This document shows, piece by piece, positions 36,925 to 45,471 of a DNA stretch of 64,000 bases. The position numbers were made by a program, and so were the translations under genes. Source of the DNA: a virus; the IMG/VR virus record IMGVR_UViG_3300044826_000112; one strand, written 5' to 3'. Below the pieces are notes generated by a model. It had not been told where the DNA came from. It made no database searches and saw only the letters and a program-made list of their open reading frames with translations. The first letter of the stretch is position 1; each line of letters starts with the position of its first letter.

Positions 36925-37772
36925 ACGATTCCTGCAAGTGTTTTCTTCTCAGCCAGAGGAAGTGCCTCAAGGGCATGCTTCATGTTAAGCGGGTCTTCTT
37001 TCAGAAGAGCACCGACGTCTGGGCCTAGGATAGCAGAAACCTTGCTGGAGCCCAAGGCGATAATCTTCTCAACCGGTACGGACTTAGAGCCCAGGTTGAC
37101 GGTCACACCGGCAAGCTTGGTCATGAAGATGTCCTTGTAGATGTCACCGAGGTACCCAGCAGTCTTGTCCAGACCCATGATGGTGCTGGCAATGTTCCGC
37201 TTGTCTTCAGTGGACAGCTTGTATGGGTCAACGCCTTGGATTACGTGAGCAACCTTTTCGAACTCAGAGTTACCGGTCTTCTTAGCACGGTAAGTCAGAG
37301 CAGCGACAGCCGCTTCCTTGTTTAGGTGGCCTTCGCCGCCGTACAGACGAACAAGAGGAGACTGGATGTGCTCACCGTAGTTGTCTACCAGAGACTCTGC
37401 CATAGCGGCCAGCTTTTCCATGTCCGGAATACCGCTCAGGGAGCCTTCGAAGATCTGTTCGGCCATACGGACTTCAGCAGTCACATCATCAGAGGCTTGC
37501 TTTTGAAGGGCTGCAGCCTTGATCATCTTGTGGGCCATGTCTTCTACTTGATCACGTACGTCGTACAGTTCGACAGCTTTGCCGACACGACGCAGGTGTT
37601 CTTCGTCGACCATCTGGTTAGCAACCTTGGTCAGGAAGGTAATTTCAAGGGCTGATGCGATAGTGGCATCCCTGGAAGTAGTCGGGAACTCGGTCTCTAC
37701 GCAGGCCTGCTTGACGATTCCGGCAGCCTCCGGAATCAGTTCGATAACGTTCTTAAGTGCATATAGGGACAT
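36921..37772 (-). CDS. K-x-A-rich putative head/core protein
   Basis: Many KQA/KVA/KLA/KEA/KTA motifs; AGGAGG RBS. Confidence 0.7.
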   Translation of the reverse strand: MSLYALKNVIELIPEAAGIVKQACVETEFPTTSRDATIASALEITFLTKVANQMVDEEHLRRVGKAVELYDVRDQVEDMAHKMIKAAALQKQASDDVTAEVRMAEQIFEGSLSGIPDMEKLAAMAESLVDNYGEHIQSPLVRLYGGEGHLNKEAAVAALTYRAKKTGNSEFEKVAHVIQGVDPYKLSTEDKRNIASTIMGLDKTAGYLGDIYKDIFMTKLAGVTVNLGSKSVPVEKIIALGSSKVSAILGPDVGALLKEDPLNMKHALEALPLAEKKTLAGIV

Positions 37773-37783
37773 AAGTCCTCCTG

Positions 37784-38806
37784 TTACTGCGAATCTCTGT
37801 AATGCTTGAGGTAGTTAGCAAGGTCCCCAAGGGTGTCTGATTTAGACAGTTTCTGTGCATGTTCTGCCAGATCTTGATGTGGCTCGGAAAGGATAGATGC
37901 ACTGTTAACTTGATCCATCATCCCTTTGAGCATTTTAGCCTTGTTGGCAATCTCGACAGCCTTGTCAGCATTGGCGATATCTTCGTCAGTAGCGGTTCTG
38001 TTCGGGTTGTAGTTGCCGCGGATAGCATGGTCAATCATCTCTCGCGGGTATGGATTGCCGTCGTCGTCACGAGCGGCCTCGAGAGCACTGTTAACACGCT
38101 CGATGACCCCCAAGTCGTGCTCCATACGTGACTGCATGCCATCTACATCCAGCTCATCTGCTTCATGCAGAAGACGGCCGTAGTTGACCGAGTTGATAGC
38201 CTTCTCATATGGCTTGACCAGCTGACCTACTGTGTTGATGATTGGGTTTGCAAAGGTTACCGGCTTAGGATCATCGTAATGGCGTACGGAACCAAACATG
38301 GCACCATAGGCATGAGCATCTGCGTCATCCCCACCTTTACGGATGGCCTCTAGTGCGTTGTGAACACGCTGCTTGTCCGACTCCTGGGCTTGGATCTTCT
38401 TAACGGCGTTGTAGGCGCCTTGAGCACCACCCATGCCGGCCATCAGGCCTACACCCAGTTGAACAGACTTGTCGGCAGCAGCCATACGAAGACCTGTCAA
38501 CAGAGCTTTAGGACTCTTAGATAGCGGCATGAACCCAGAGCGGATAACCATTGCCACCGGTAATCCGGTTACTGCACCGGACAGAGCTCCCCATGCAGCC
38601 TTAGCAGCCAGGGCTTTGATCCGTTGCTTAGTGTCCATAGGACGTGCCTCGACCTCATGGGCAGAGGCGTACTCCTTCACGACTGCAGCTCGGTCTTTCA
38701 TATCGAGTGTCGTAAAGTTGCGGTTCTCAAGGATGTCTGACAGGGGGACTCCGCTATCGCGGGCAAGTCGAACCCCTCGAGCTACGTTAGTAATACTTAC
38801 AGTCAT
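37784..38806 (-). CDS. Putative internal virion protein with hydrophobic Gly/Ala segments
   Basis: ATG 38806 after AGAGGG; two hydrophobic stretches. Confidence 0.65.
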   Translation of the reverse strand: MTVSITNVARGVRLARDSGVPLSDILENRNFTTLDMKDRAAVVKEYASAHEVEARPMDTKQRIKALAAKAAWGALSGAVTGLPVAMVIRSGFMPLSKSPKALLTGLRMAAADKSVQLGVGLMAGMGGAQGAYNAVKKIQAQESDKQRVHNALEAIRKGGDDADAHAYGAMFGSVRHYDDPKPVTFANPIINTVGQLVKPYEKAINSVNYGRLLHEADELDVDGMQSRMEHDLGVIERVNSALEAARDDDGNPYPREMIDHAIRGNYNPNRTATDEDIANADKAVEIANKAKMLKGMMDQVNSASILSEPHQDLAEHAQKLSKSDTLGDLANYLKHYRDSQ

Positions 38807-38878
38807 GGGTATTCCCTCTCTAAAAAGCTGTAACTCTATTTTACCCATCGCATTTGCCCGCCGCTAGAGCTATCTAAT

Positions 38879-39210
38879 CGACACATGTGTCGGGTCATTT
38901 CGAGTCCCCACCACACATCAGAATGGCTATTTCATAGGCTTTTCGCCTGGTATGTGTCGGTTGTGTCGATTGTTCCACCCCAAAATACATACTCACTTCT
39001 GTAAAACCTCCGATGTGTCTTATTCTATATATCTCTCTATCTCTCGTAAGGAAAATAAAAATAAATAAATAAGAAGGGCGGTTGGGGATTTTCCATGTAC
39101 GGGGTATTTTTAGACCCTGGAACACGCACACATCCGACACATGCTACTAGATATCCTTTAGAGCAACGACATGTTCCGTGTAGCCGCCCCACACGGGTCC
39201 GGCACACACG
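38879..39210. repeat. Origin-like intergenic region: inverted TGTGTCG/CGACACA repeats around an AT-rich core
   Basis: Palindrome CGACACATGTGTCG at 38879-38892; ATGTGTCGG 38952, TTGTGTCGA 38961, ATGTGTCT 39013; AT-rich 39020-39073; ACACATC 39128, CCGACACATG 39134. Confidence 0.55.
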
Positions 39211-39230
39211 TCAAGAAATCTCGAGATAAT

Positions 39231-39248
39231 GGTATAACTATTGTAGAG
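39231..39248 (+). promoter_or_regulatory. Phage promoter motif for the RT operon
   Basis: TGGTATAACTATTGTAG. Confidence 0.55.
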
Positions 39249-39283
39249 AAGCCTTATTACACTAACCATATTCGAGGTCCCAC

Positions 39284-39406
39284 ATGAACTTCTTCAAGAA
39301 AGCTAAATCCGTCAAATTCTCTATGAACCTGGCTCAGTTCCTGGCAGTCGTCAAGGTCCTGGCATCTACCATCGCCGGCATCGGCGTCCTCGTCGGAGTA
39401 CTCTAA
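39284..39406 (+). CDS. Small membrane peptide (40 aa, not in ORF track)
   Basis: GAGG RBS; MNFFKKAKSVKFSMNLAQFLAVVKVLASTIAGIGVLVGVL. Confidence 0.65.
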   Translation: MNFFKKAKSVKFSMNLAQFLAVVKVLASTIAGIGVLVGVL

Positions 39407-39417
39407 GGAGGTACCCA

Positions 39418-39906
39418 TTGGCTAAACCAGCAATCCCGCTACCACGACTACTGAGAGGTGGTTCCGCAATGGTCCGGAACGTAAAGCCATCTCACGCAAC
39501 CGATTCTTTAGTCCTGAAGCCGAACTACTATGTGGTCACGATTCAGGAAGACGGCTGCCCGACATTCTTCTATTACCCCTGCCGGGTAGTGGAGATGTCT
39601 GGCGGGCGAGTAAGAATCACCCGTTATCCACCCGTTGCTTTACCTGGAATCCTAATGCTGTCCCGGAAGAGAGTCTACCTTGTCGACAAGGCTGACTATC
39701 AACGAGGCGTCCTTGGCGAGAACCGCCGCGTCAAGGATATTCAAGCATTCTTCAACTTCGTGAGTGAGAAGTATGGAACTCCAGACCAAGAAGCAGCTGC
39801 AGCAGCAGTGCAATATCCGTACGCTGCGGACGTTGACCTTCCCGACAGTCAACAAGACTTTATCCTACGATATCTGTCGGGTACCGAAGAGTTCTGGCGG
39901 ATTTAG
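39418..39906 (+). CDS. Hypothetical protein upstream of RT (overlaps RT; region is also hairpin-rich)
   Basis: TTG start 6 nt after AAGGAGG; overlaps RT by more than 130 nt. Confidence 0.45.
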   Translation: MAKPAIPLPRLLRGGSAMVRNVKPSHATDSLVLKPNYYVVTIQEDGCPTFFYYPCRVVEMSGGRVRITRYPPVALPGILMLSRKRVYLVDKADYQRGVLGENRRVKDIQAFFNFVSEKYGTPDQEAAAAAVQYPYAADVDLPDSQQDFILRYLSGTEEFWRI

Positions 39907-40777
39907 AACGCTGCACGTGCCAAGACCGCACATGAAGATCGCCCAGGCAGTGATCCTCAAGTACGTTCTGAACCACCTTAAGGTACCTGACTATCTATGG
40001 GCTTTCGAGAAAGGCAGATCGATTCCTCAGATGACACGTCTACATCTGAATAAGGAGTGGGTCCTGTCGCTGGACATCAAGAACTACTTCACCAGCATCA
40101 AGCAGGTGAACATCATGTCCATGCTGGAGTCTCACGGCATAACCGATGAGGCTGCCCGGTTGATCTCGGAGATCGTTACGTACAAATTCTTTTTGCCCCA
40201 AGGTGCGATGACCTCGCCTAAGGTAAGCAATCTGTATGCTGCGTACACGTTCGGCCCAGAGCTGGAGTCCGCTCTCAAAGAGTTGGACATAACATTCACC
40301 ATCTATGCAGATGATATCACGTTCTCCTTCGACTACTCCCAAGGGCTATGGGATGGCGTCAGGGATGTGTACCAAAACGTGCTGCCAGCCGAAGACCGGA
40401 TCGAGATTCCCTCGGTCGGTTGTGGCAAAGCCATCTGCACCCTACTCACAGATATGACCAAAAAGATCCTGAACCGACATCAGCTCCGGCTGAATATGGA
40501 CAAGGTGAAGGTAATGGGTCCTGGTAGACGACACTGGATCTGTGGAGTAGTAGCCAACAGAAAACCGAATATCTCAAAGGCTCAGCGAGACTTCTTACGA
40601 GCTGTCGTTCACAACATCACTGTGAATGGATTGGAAGTTGAAGCTGCAAAAGCCGGTCGTGAACCTGGCGAGTTCCTCTCGAACATCAAAGGCCGCATCG
40701 GCTGGTATCATCAACTCAATCCTGAGCGTTCACAAAGAATGCTCGAAACCATCAACTCAATTGGAGTGCAATCATGA
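39773..40777 (+). CDS. Retron-type reverse transcriptase
   Basis: Y....VPKSSGGFRTLHVP, LDIKNYFTSI, LPQGAMTSPKVSN, catalytic YADD, ICGVVAN (VTG-like region Y), QMTRLH at the NAxxH position. Confidence 0.92.
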   Translation: MELQTKKQLQQQCNIRTLRTLTFPTVNKTLSYDICRVPKSSGGFRTLHVPRPHMKIAQAVILKYVLNHLKVPDYLWAFEKGRSIPQMTRLHLNKEWVLSLDIKNYFTSIKQVNIMSMLESHGITDEAARLISEIVTYKFFLPQGAMTSPKVSNLYAAYTFGPELESALKELDITFTIYADDITFSFDYSQGLWDGVRDVYQNVLPAEDRIEIPSVGCGKAICTLLTDMTKKILNRHQLRLNMDKVKVMGPGRRHWICGVVANRKPNISKAQRDFLRAVVHNITVNGLEVEAAKAGREPGEFLSNIKGRIGWYHQLNPERSQRMLETINSIGVQS

Positions 40778-41355
40778 CTATGGTAAACGAAATCCGCGTA
40801 CAGTTCCGTGGCAACGCTATCCGTACTGGCTTCCTGTGGGGAGTTCAACTGGTAAACATCACTGACATCTGTGCCGGTCTGGGTATCGATGTGACCCCTA
40901 CCCGCTTCAACGCCATGCACCTAGATCAGACCCGTTCCTACTGGGCTCCGATGCAGGATATGGTTGCAGGCCTGGAGGCTCTGCTGGTTGAGATGGAGCC
41001 GATGCGGGATGCGTTCCCCGACATGATCAACAACATCGTTGTCTTCAAGGACATGTTGCCGGCTACCATGAACTTCCCGACTCCGGAGTTCCTGGAATAT
41101 GCCCGTCAAGGCGGCTCCACCAACTTCGCTCTGTACCCGGCACAGATCCGTCGTTGCATCCTGGAAGCTCTGCACGTACCGGTCAGCGGAAACTCCTACA
41201 CCGTAGATGTTCCGCAGCAGTACTCCACTCAGTATGCCATTATGTGGCATGTTGCAGATGCCTCTCTGCGTCGCTCTATGGCAGCCAACAAGGGCTACAA
41301 AGAGTGCTACCAGACCATGAAGCAGGACATCACCACTGTAGCTGCTCTGGTGTAA
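40774..41355 (+). CDS. Bro-N/antirepressor-like protein translationally coupled to RT
   Basis: ATGA overlap with RT; F.GNAIRT....G...VNITDIC.GLG resembles Bro-N. Confidence 0.55.
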   Translation: MTMVNEIRVQFRGNAIRTGFLWGVQLVNITDICAGLGIDVTPTRFNAMHLDQTRSYWAPMQDMVAGLEALLVEMEPMRDAFPDMINNIVVFKDMLPATMNFPTPEFLEYARQGGSTNFALYPAQIRRCILEALHVPVSGNSYTVDVPQQYSTQYAIMWHVADASLRRSMAANKGYKECYQTMKQDITTVAALV

Positions 41356-41359
41356 TCCG

Positions 41360-41384
41360 ACAGGGGCCTTCGGGCCCCTGTTGT
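41360..41384 (+). terminator. Terminator closing the RT operon
   Basis: CAGGGGCC-TTCG-GGCCCCTG-TTGT. Confidence 0.7.
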
Positions 41385-41413
41385 CTATCCTATCTCTTTT
41401 TAAGGAGTGTATT

Positions 41414-42184
41414 ATGAAAGTGACCGTAGGCGGCAGAGAAGTTACAACTAACTTCAAAGGCTATCTGAAAATAACAGACTTCAAGTGGATCGCTCAGTAC
41501 GTAGATTACGAGGGCTCCATAGTCTCCATATCCGCCCGCACCGGGTACCATGTAAGAAACCTTCCCGAGTGCATTAAGAAGTACTTCAAACGTGAAAACA
41601 TCCCACTAAGCGATGTCCGCTGGTCTGATCCAGCAAAAGGCCCTGGCGGTCCGGCATACGTACACCCGCTGGTATGGATGTATGTGGCTGATCGATTGGG
41701 CCCGGTCATCTCCGAGGCTGTATCCGCCAGATATCATATTGCTCAATACATCGATGGATACAAGGCAAACCTCCGACAGCTCCCACCTCCTCAAGCTCCG
41801 GCTGCTCCACGTCCAAAGCTTGACGATCCGCATCAAGTTCCGCTGGTTGATGATGCTATCGAGGACCTACGTCTGGCCATCCAAGTTCAGCTGAGCCAAG
41901 CTATCTCCCCGGCTCAGATCATGTCTGACATCCTCCATGACGCAGAGAGTCTGGTTCTCCGCGGATACACAGGGGTACGTCTGCCTTTCGAACGTACTGC
42001 TATCCCTGAGTTGATCCAGGTGGCGGTCAAGGGGTTCTCCGATGGCTTGGCAGCCAAGAAGGTGAGCGAAGCTATGGTCGATCACTTCCTCCATAACATC
42101 AATCCGCTCCTTGATGCTCATCGGGAAGTAGCTGGGGTTCTGCGTCCTACCGGACCTGCGGATCTTCACCTGGCTAAAGGATAA
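41414..42184 (+). CDS. KilA-N-like domain protein
   Basis: AAGGAG RBS; GYLKITD and GGPAYVHPLV...A..LGP match the KilA-N pattern. Confidence 0.6.
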   Translation: MKVTVGGREVTTNFKGYLKITDFKWIAQYVDYEGSIVSISARTGYHVRNLPECIKKYFKRENIPLSDVRWSDPAKGPGGPAYVHPLVWMYVADRLGPVISEAVSARYHIAQYIDGYKANLRQLPPPQAPAAPRPKLDDPHQVPLVDDAIEDLRLAIQVQLSQAISPAQIMSDILHDAESLVLRGYTGVRLPFERTAIPELIQVAVKGFSDGLAAKKVSEAMVDHFLHNINPLLDAHREVAGVLRPTGPADLHLAKG

Positions 42185-42195
42185 TGCGGCAACCG

Positions 42196-42213
42196 GGTAT
42201 AAGTCATATGAAG
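42196..42213 (+). promoter_or_regulatory. Phage GGTATAAG promoter motif
   Basis: GGTATAAGTCATATGAAG. Confidence 0.55.
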
Positions 42214-42223
42214 GGAGGATTCG

Positions 42224-42487
42224 ATGCCCAGAACTTCTACAGATAGAGTCTTCGTCAACATCATCATGAGTCTTGTACTAGTCGTACTCATCGTCTTGGT
42301 GACGTATATCCTGAGCGGCCTGTTAGGCAAGAATAAAGCAGTAAATCTCGAGGGACCGTTCTGGTTGGATTCGCTTGTATGCACCGAAAGCGTGTGTACA
42401 ATGTCCATCCGAAACAGTTATGAAAACCGAATGGAGGTCATTGTAAGTCGTGAAACAGCAAATCATGTCTATGGTATTAGTCGCTAG
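42224..42487 (+). CDS. Small membrane-anchored protein
   Basis: GGAGG RBS; N-terminal TM segment. Confidence 0.65.
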   Translation: MPRTSTDRVFVNIIMSLVLVVLIVLVTYILSGLLGKNKAVNLEGPFWLDSLVCTESVCTMSIRNSYENRMEVIVSRETANHVYGISR

Positions 42488-42644
42488 TCTGCTGACTGGC
42501 TGCACTCAAACCGCCCCTGAAGAGAGACGCTTCGTGTGCAACATCTACACAATCGACTCTATGAAGTCGTTTGCAGTCAACTCTACTGAGGCCAAAGAGT
42601 GCCGCCATCAAGGTGGTATCGTGCGGTTCGTAGACACTCCGTAA
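42450..42644 (+). CDS. Small lipoprotein
   Basis: Lipobox LLTGC. Confidence 0.65.
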   Translation: MKQQIMSMVLVASLLTGCTQTAPEERRFVCNIYTIDSMKSFAVNSTEAKECRHQGGIVRFVDTP

Positions 42645-42711
42645 TGATCTGAAGGTGGACTTTTGTTGATACGTTAGTATAATCGGCGTACTAACCAACA
42701 AGGAGTCCACC

Positions 42712-43086
42712 ATGATCACTATCGAGAAACAAGAGCACATCGACGCAATCAAGGCTGAGGCAGAAATTTTTACCCAGTCCTGGAAGCGAATCGCCCATTC
42801 CGCCCAGCAGATCAATGCCCTGAACGGGTTTTGGGATGGTGAGCGTAACAAGGGTGAGATGATTGCTCTCATGCACTCCGAGCTGTCTGAAGCTCTTGAA
42901 GCCCTTCGTAAAGATGCGAATGACGACAAGATCCCTCAGTACCTCGGAGAAGAAGCTGAGCTGGCAGATGCCGTGATCCGCGTAATGGATTACGACGCAG
43001 GGTTCTCTCTGCGTATTGCGGAAGCGATCATCGACAAGCTCGTGTTCAATGCAGGCCGGGAGCCTAAGCATGGCAAGAAGTTCTGA
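42712..43086 (+). CDS. MazG-like nucleotide pyrophosphohydrolase
   Basis: IALMHSELSEALEALRK, EAELADAVIRVMD, K..FN..R..KHGKKF. Confidence 0.85.
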   Translation: MITIEKQEHIDAIKAEAEIFTQSWKRIAHSAQQINALNGFWDGERNKGEMIALMHSELSEALEALRKDANDDKIPQYLGEEAELADAVIRVMDYDAGFSLRIAEAIIDKLVFNAGREPKHGKKF

Positions 43087-43426
43087 TCGTCTGATTGACA
43101 GAGATCTGTATTACAAAGGGGCTCCTCGCGGGCCCCTTCTTGATTTCAAGGCAATCATTTTCGCTAACTTACTGACGTACCTCAACGAAGATCTAGAGGA
43201 TTCCGACAGCATTCGCAAGGATGATCGAGGCATCTCTTACTGGGGCCGGTACGGTGTGTTCGAGTTCTACATGGGCAGCGATAGCGTAAGCATCCGCTAC
43301 TCTGAAGCGTTCCCAGCACACAGACCTCTACTAGTACTGTTCGAGTATCTCGAAGGTTACGTTGATATCATCAAAGTAGTCATGGAGATTGAGAAAGCCT
43401 ATGCAGACTATACTCACAGTGGCTAA
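43070..43426 (+). CDS. Hypothetical protein
   Basis: ATG 43070 after GGGAG. Confidence 0.55.
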   Translation: MARSSDRLIDRDLYYKGAPRGPLLDFKAIIFANLLTYLNEDLEDSDSIRKDDRGISYWGRYGVFEFYMGSDSVSIRYSEAFPAHRPLLVLFEYLEGYVDIIKVVMEIEKAYADYTHSG

Positions 43427-43769
43427 GCGATTCAGCGGACATGTGCCTACCCATATGGCCGCAGACTTCGAGCATATCCTCAACCGGATAGGTGGAGGCG
43501 ATGCCCGTTGTAAGATCGAGAAGATCATCGAGATTGACGGCAACCCTCGAATGTTCTTCGAAGTCAGTATCTCCCCTCGTCGTCCGTTTGAACTGAGAAT
43601 GAGGTTCACATCAGCCGGTTGGTTGCATATGGAAGTAGCAGCAACCCGGGATGGTGCAGCTTTGTTCTTTGGACTTGCGGACATCCTTTTACAAGTCGGC
43701 GTTGATATATGGGAAGGGGTAACTCCTCAGAACATGCGTACCCTTGCCGAAGGACTTGAAACTACCTGA
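43401..43769 (+). CDS. Hypothetical protein
   Basis: ORF of about 122 aa. Confidence 0.6.
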   Translation: MQTILTVAKRFSGHVPTHMAADFEHILNRIGGGDARCKIEKIIEIDGNPRMFFEVSISPRRPFELRMRFTSAGWLHMEVAATRDGAALFFGLADILLQVGVDIWEGVTPQNMRTLAEGLETT

Positions 43770-43806
43770 AGTAAAATGTCACATCTGACATTTAAGGACC
43801 TATTAC

Positions 43807-44043
43807 ATGAAGATCGAAATCTTTGGCCGTTCGGCCCCTCATTGCCCATTCTGTGAAGCCGCTAAGAGTTTCTGCGAGCGTTTCGGTAAGGAGTTCACCT
43901 ACTCCGACATGTCGAAAGGCGAGTGGGATCCTGCTCAAATGGCTGAGCGTCTGGGTCATCCCGTACGTACAGTTCCGGCTGTATTCGTCGATGACAAGTT
44001 CATCGGTGGTGCAGCAGAACTCGGGGATCTTCTCCGCAAGTAA
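43807..44043 (+). CDS. Glutaredoxin (RNR reductant)
   Basis: CPFC, RTVPAVFVDDKFIGG. Confidence 0.92.
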   Translation: MKIEIFGRSAPHCPFCEAAKSFCERFGKEFTYSDMSKGEWDPAQMAERLGHPVRTVPAVFVDDKFIGGAAELGDLLRK

Positions 44044-44046
44044 ACC

Positions 44047-44070
44047 AAAAGGCTCCTTCGGGAGCCTTTT
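44047..44070 (+). terminator. Rho-independent terminator
   Basis: AAAAGGCTCC-TTCG-GGAGCCTTTT. Confidence 0.85.
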
Positions 44071-44086
44071 ACATTAGGGTTAGAGT

Positions 44087-44473
44087 ATGTTCTACGACAA
44101 CTTTCGCTTGAACAATCGCAACTACACCTTGGCCAACATGGACTTCAATCACATCAGCATCGAGCGGATGATCGAGGCGGCCAGAGCCAAGCTAGGTTTC
44201 CCGTTCAGAGATCTGATAGTAGAAGGACATGACTGGCCTGGTGCCATCAACGTTTCCTACTACGAGCGTCTGCGGGAAGCTTACGAGACCGCTCGTTACC
44301 CAGAGCTCGAGTTGGAAGATGCTCTGCGGCATATCGATGGTTATGTAATCCTCGATGATGAGGACAGCATCGTAACCCTCCTCAACGCTTACTTATCTGT
44401 CGGTGCTGGCCGGGAAGTCTGCCTGCACGACGTTTCACCCCACAAGGTCATTCGCTTCGACCTTTCACACTAA
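44087..44473 (+). CDS. Paralogue array member 1 (divergent)
   Basis: Shares the MFYDN start and VGAG with the next gene. Confidence 0.65.
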   Translation: MFYDNFRLNNRNYTLANMDFNHISIERMIEAARAKLGFPFRDLIVEGHDWPGAINVSYYERLREAYETARYPELELEDALRHIDGYVILDDEDSIVTLLNAYLSVGAGREVCLHDVSPHKVIRFDLSH

Positions 44474-44483
44474 GGAGAACACC

Positions 44484-44975
44484 ATGTTCTACGATAACAA
44501 TCCTTCACTGATCCCTTCCCTGCTCCTCGTAGAGGTAGGCGATTGGTCCCGAGATGGGCACAACGAATCCACAGTTTATCCACTGCACTGGGAGGGTCTG
44601 CATCCTGGCGACAATGCCCAGAAGATGTTCGAAAACTTCCTGGACGTAGGTGCCAAGAAGATGGGTGTAGATCTGCGTGAAGAGATCTGCTCTGACTACG
44701 AGGACGACAAGCTGCCGGTCAAGAAGATCCAGCCTCTGTACGACGCCATCATGGACCTGCGGATCAACGTAAGTCTGCTGGCTCCGTTCAAACGTATGGG
44801 CCTGGAGTTCATCGACAGTGTTCTCCAAAAGGATGGTGGGGTAGCTGATAAGAAAGACTACGTCTTCTTGATCTACCTGCAGGCATGCGTAGGGGCAGGC
44901 GTAGCTTTGCCGATTACTCTGGTAGATCGCTCTTCCTGCAAGATTGGCGGTTATGGCCTGTTCAGTGTGGGGTAA
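44484..44975 (+). CDS. Paralogue array member 2
   Basis: AAGGAG RBS; GDWSRDGH and C-terminal GGYGLF. Confidence 0.75.
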   Translation: MFYDNNPSLIPSLLLVEVGDWSRDGHNESTVYPLHWEGLHPGDNAQKMFENFLDVGAKKMGVDLREEICSDYEDDKLPVKKIQPLYDAIMDLRINVSLLAPFKRMGLEFIDSVLQKDGGVADKKDYVFLIYLQACVGAGVALPITLVDRSSCKIGGYGLFSVG

Positions 44976-44978
44976 TCT

Positions 44979-45464
44979 ATGATCTCCGTATTCGATTCGT
45001 GGAAGGATGAGGTCCAACCGGGCCTCTTTAACATCTTCGTAGGGGATGACAGTGGGGATGGCCATGGGCATTGCTTCCGCACCACTATAGCCTGGCCGGA
45101 TTTCGCACCTGAGTTCTCCCATAAGGAGATGAAAGAGCGTTTCAATGAGATGCTCACTAAGGGTGACGAGATCCTTCAGACGCAACTGCTTAGTCTGTGC
45201 TCTGCGTATGGTGACATTGAAATCCCGATGAGCTATATCAAACGCTTGCTCGGGTACATCGAGGATATGGGATACATTGATGAGGCTGACAGCATCCGCA
45301 AGGAGGTAGCTCTCAGCTCCGACCCAGAAATCTACTACGCCGACACCTGCACTTGGATCTACTTGATCCTCTGGCATGCTATCGTCGGTAATGGCCATTT
45401 CATCCCGTTCAAGATCGTCAACATCGTAGAAGTAGATGGCGGCGGTTACGGGTTCTTCTCATAG
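44979..45464 (+). CDS. Paralogue array member 3
   Basis: GDDSGDGH and C-terminal GGYGFF. Confidence 0.75.
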   Translation: MISVFDSWKDEVQPGLFNIFVGDDSGDGHGHCFRTTIAWPDFAPEFSHKEMKERFNEMLTKGDEILQTQLLSLCSAYGDIEIPMSYIKRLLGYIEDMGYIDEADSIRKEVALSSDPEIYYADTCTWIYLILWHAIVGNGHFIPFKIVNIVEVDGGGYGFFS

Positions 45465-45471
45465 GTAACTT

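Noticed and set aside
38895-39140. 81-aa - strand ORF in the origin-like region
   Set aside because: Low-complexity translation of repeats and AT tract, with no RBS.
38879-39210. CRISPR array or regularly spaced repeat array next to the RT
   Set aside because: The repeats are only 6-10 nt, irregularly spaced and in both orientations, and no cas genes are present.
39773-40777. Group II intron or diversity-generating retroelement
   Set aside because: No maturase/HNH domain or interrupted host gene, and no TR/VR pair or Avd gene seen. The motifs fit retron-type RTs.
42224-42644. i-spanin/o-spanin pair
   Set aside because: The overlapping TM protein and lipoprotein fit the layout, but there is no coiled coil or Pro-rich region and the genes lie in the early-type island. 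Not supportable.
43117-43141. Terminator-like hairpin after mazG
   Set aside because: It lies within the probable ORF 43070-43426 and has a weak U-tract; ambiguous.
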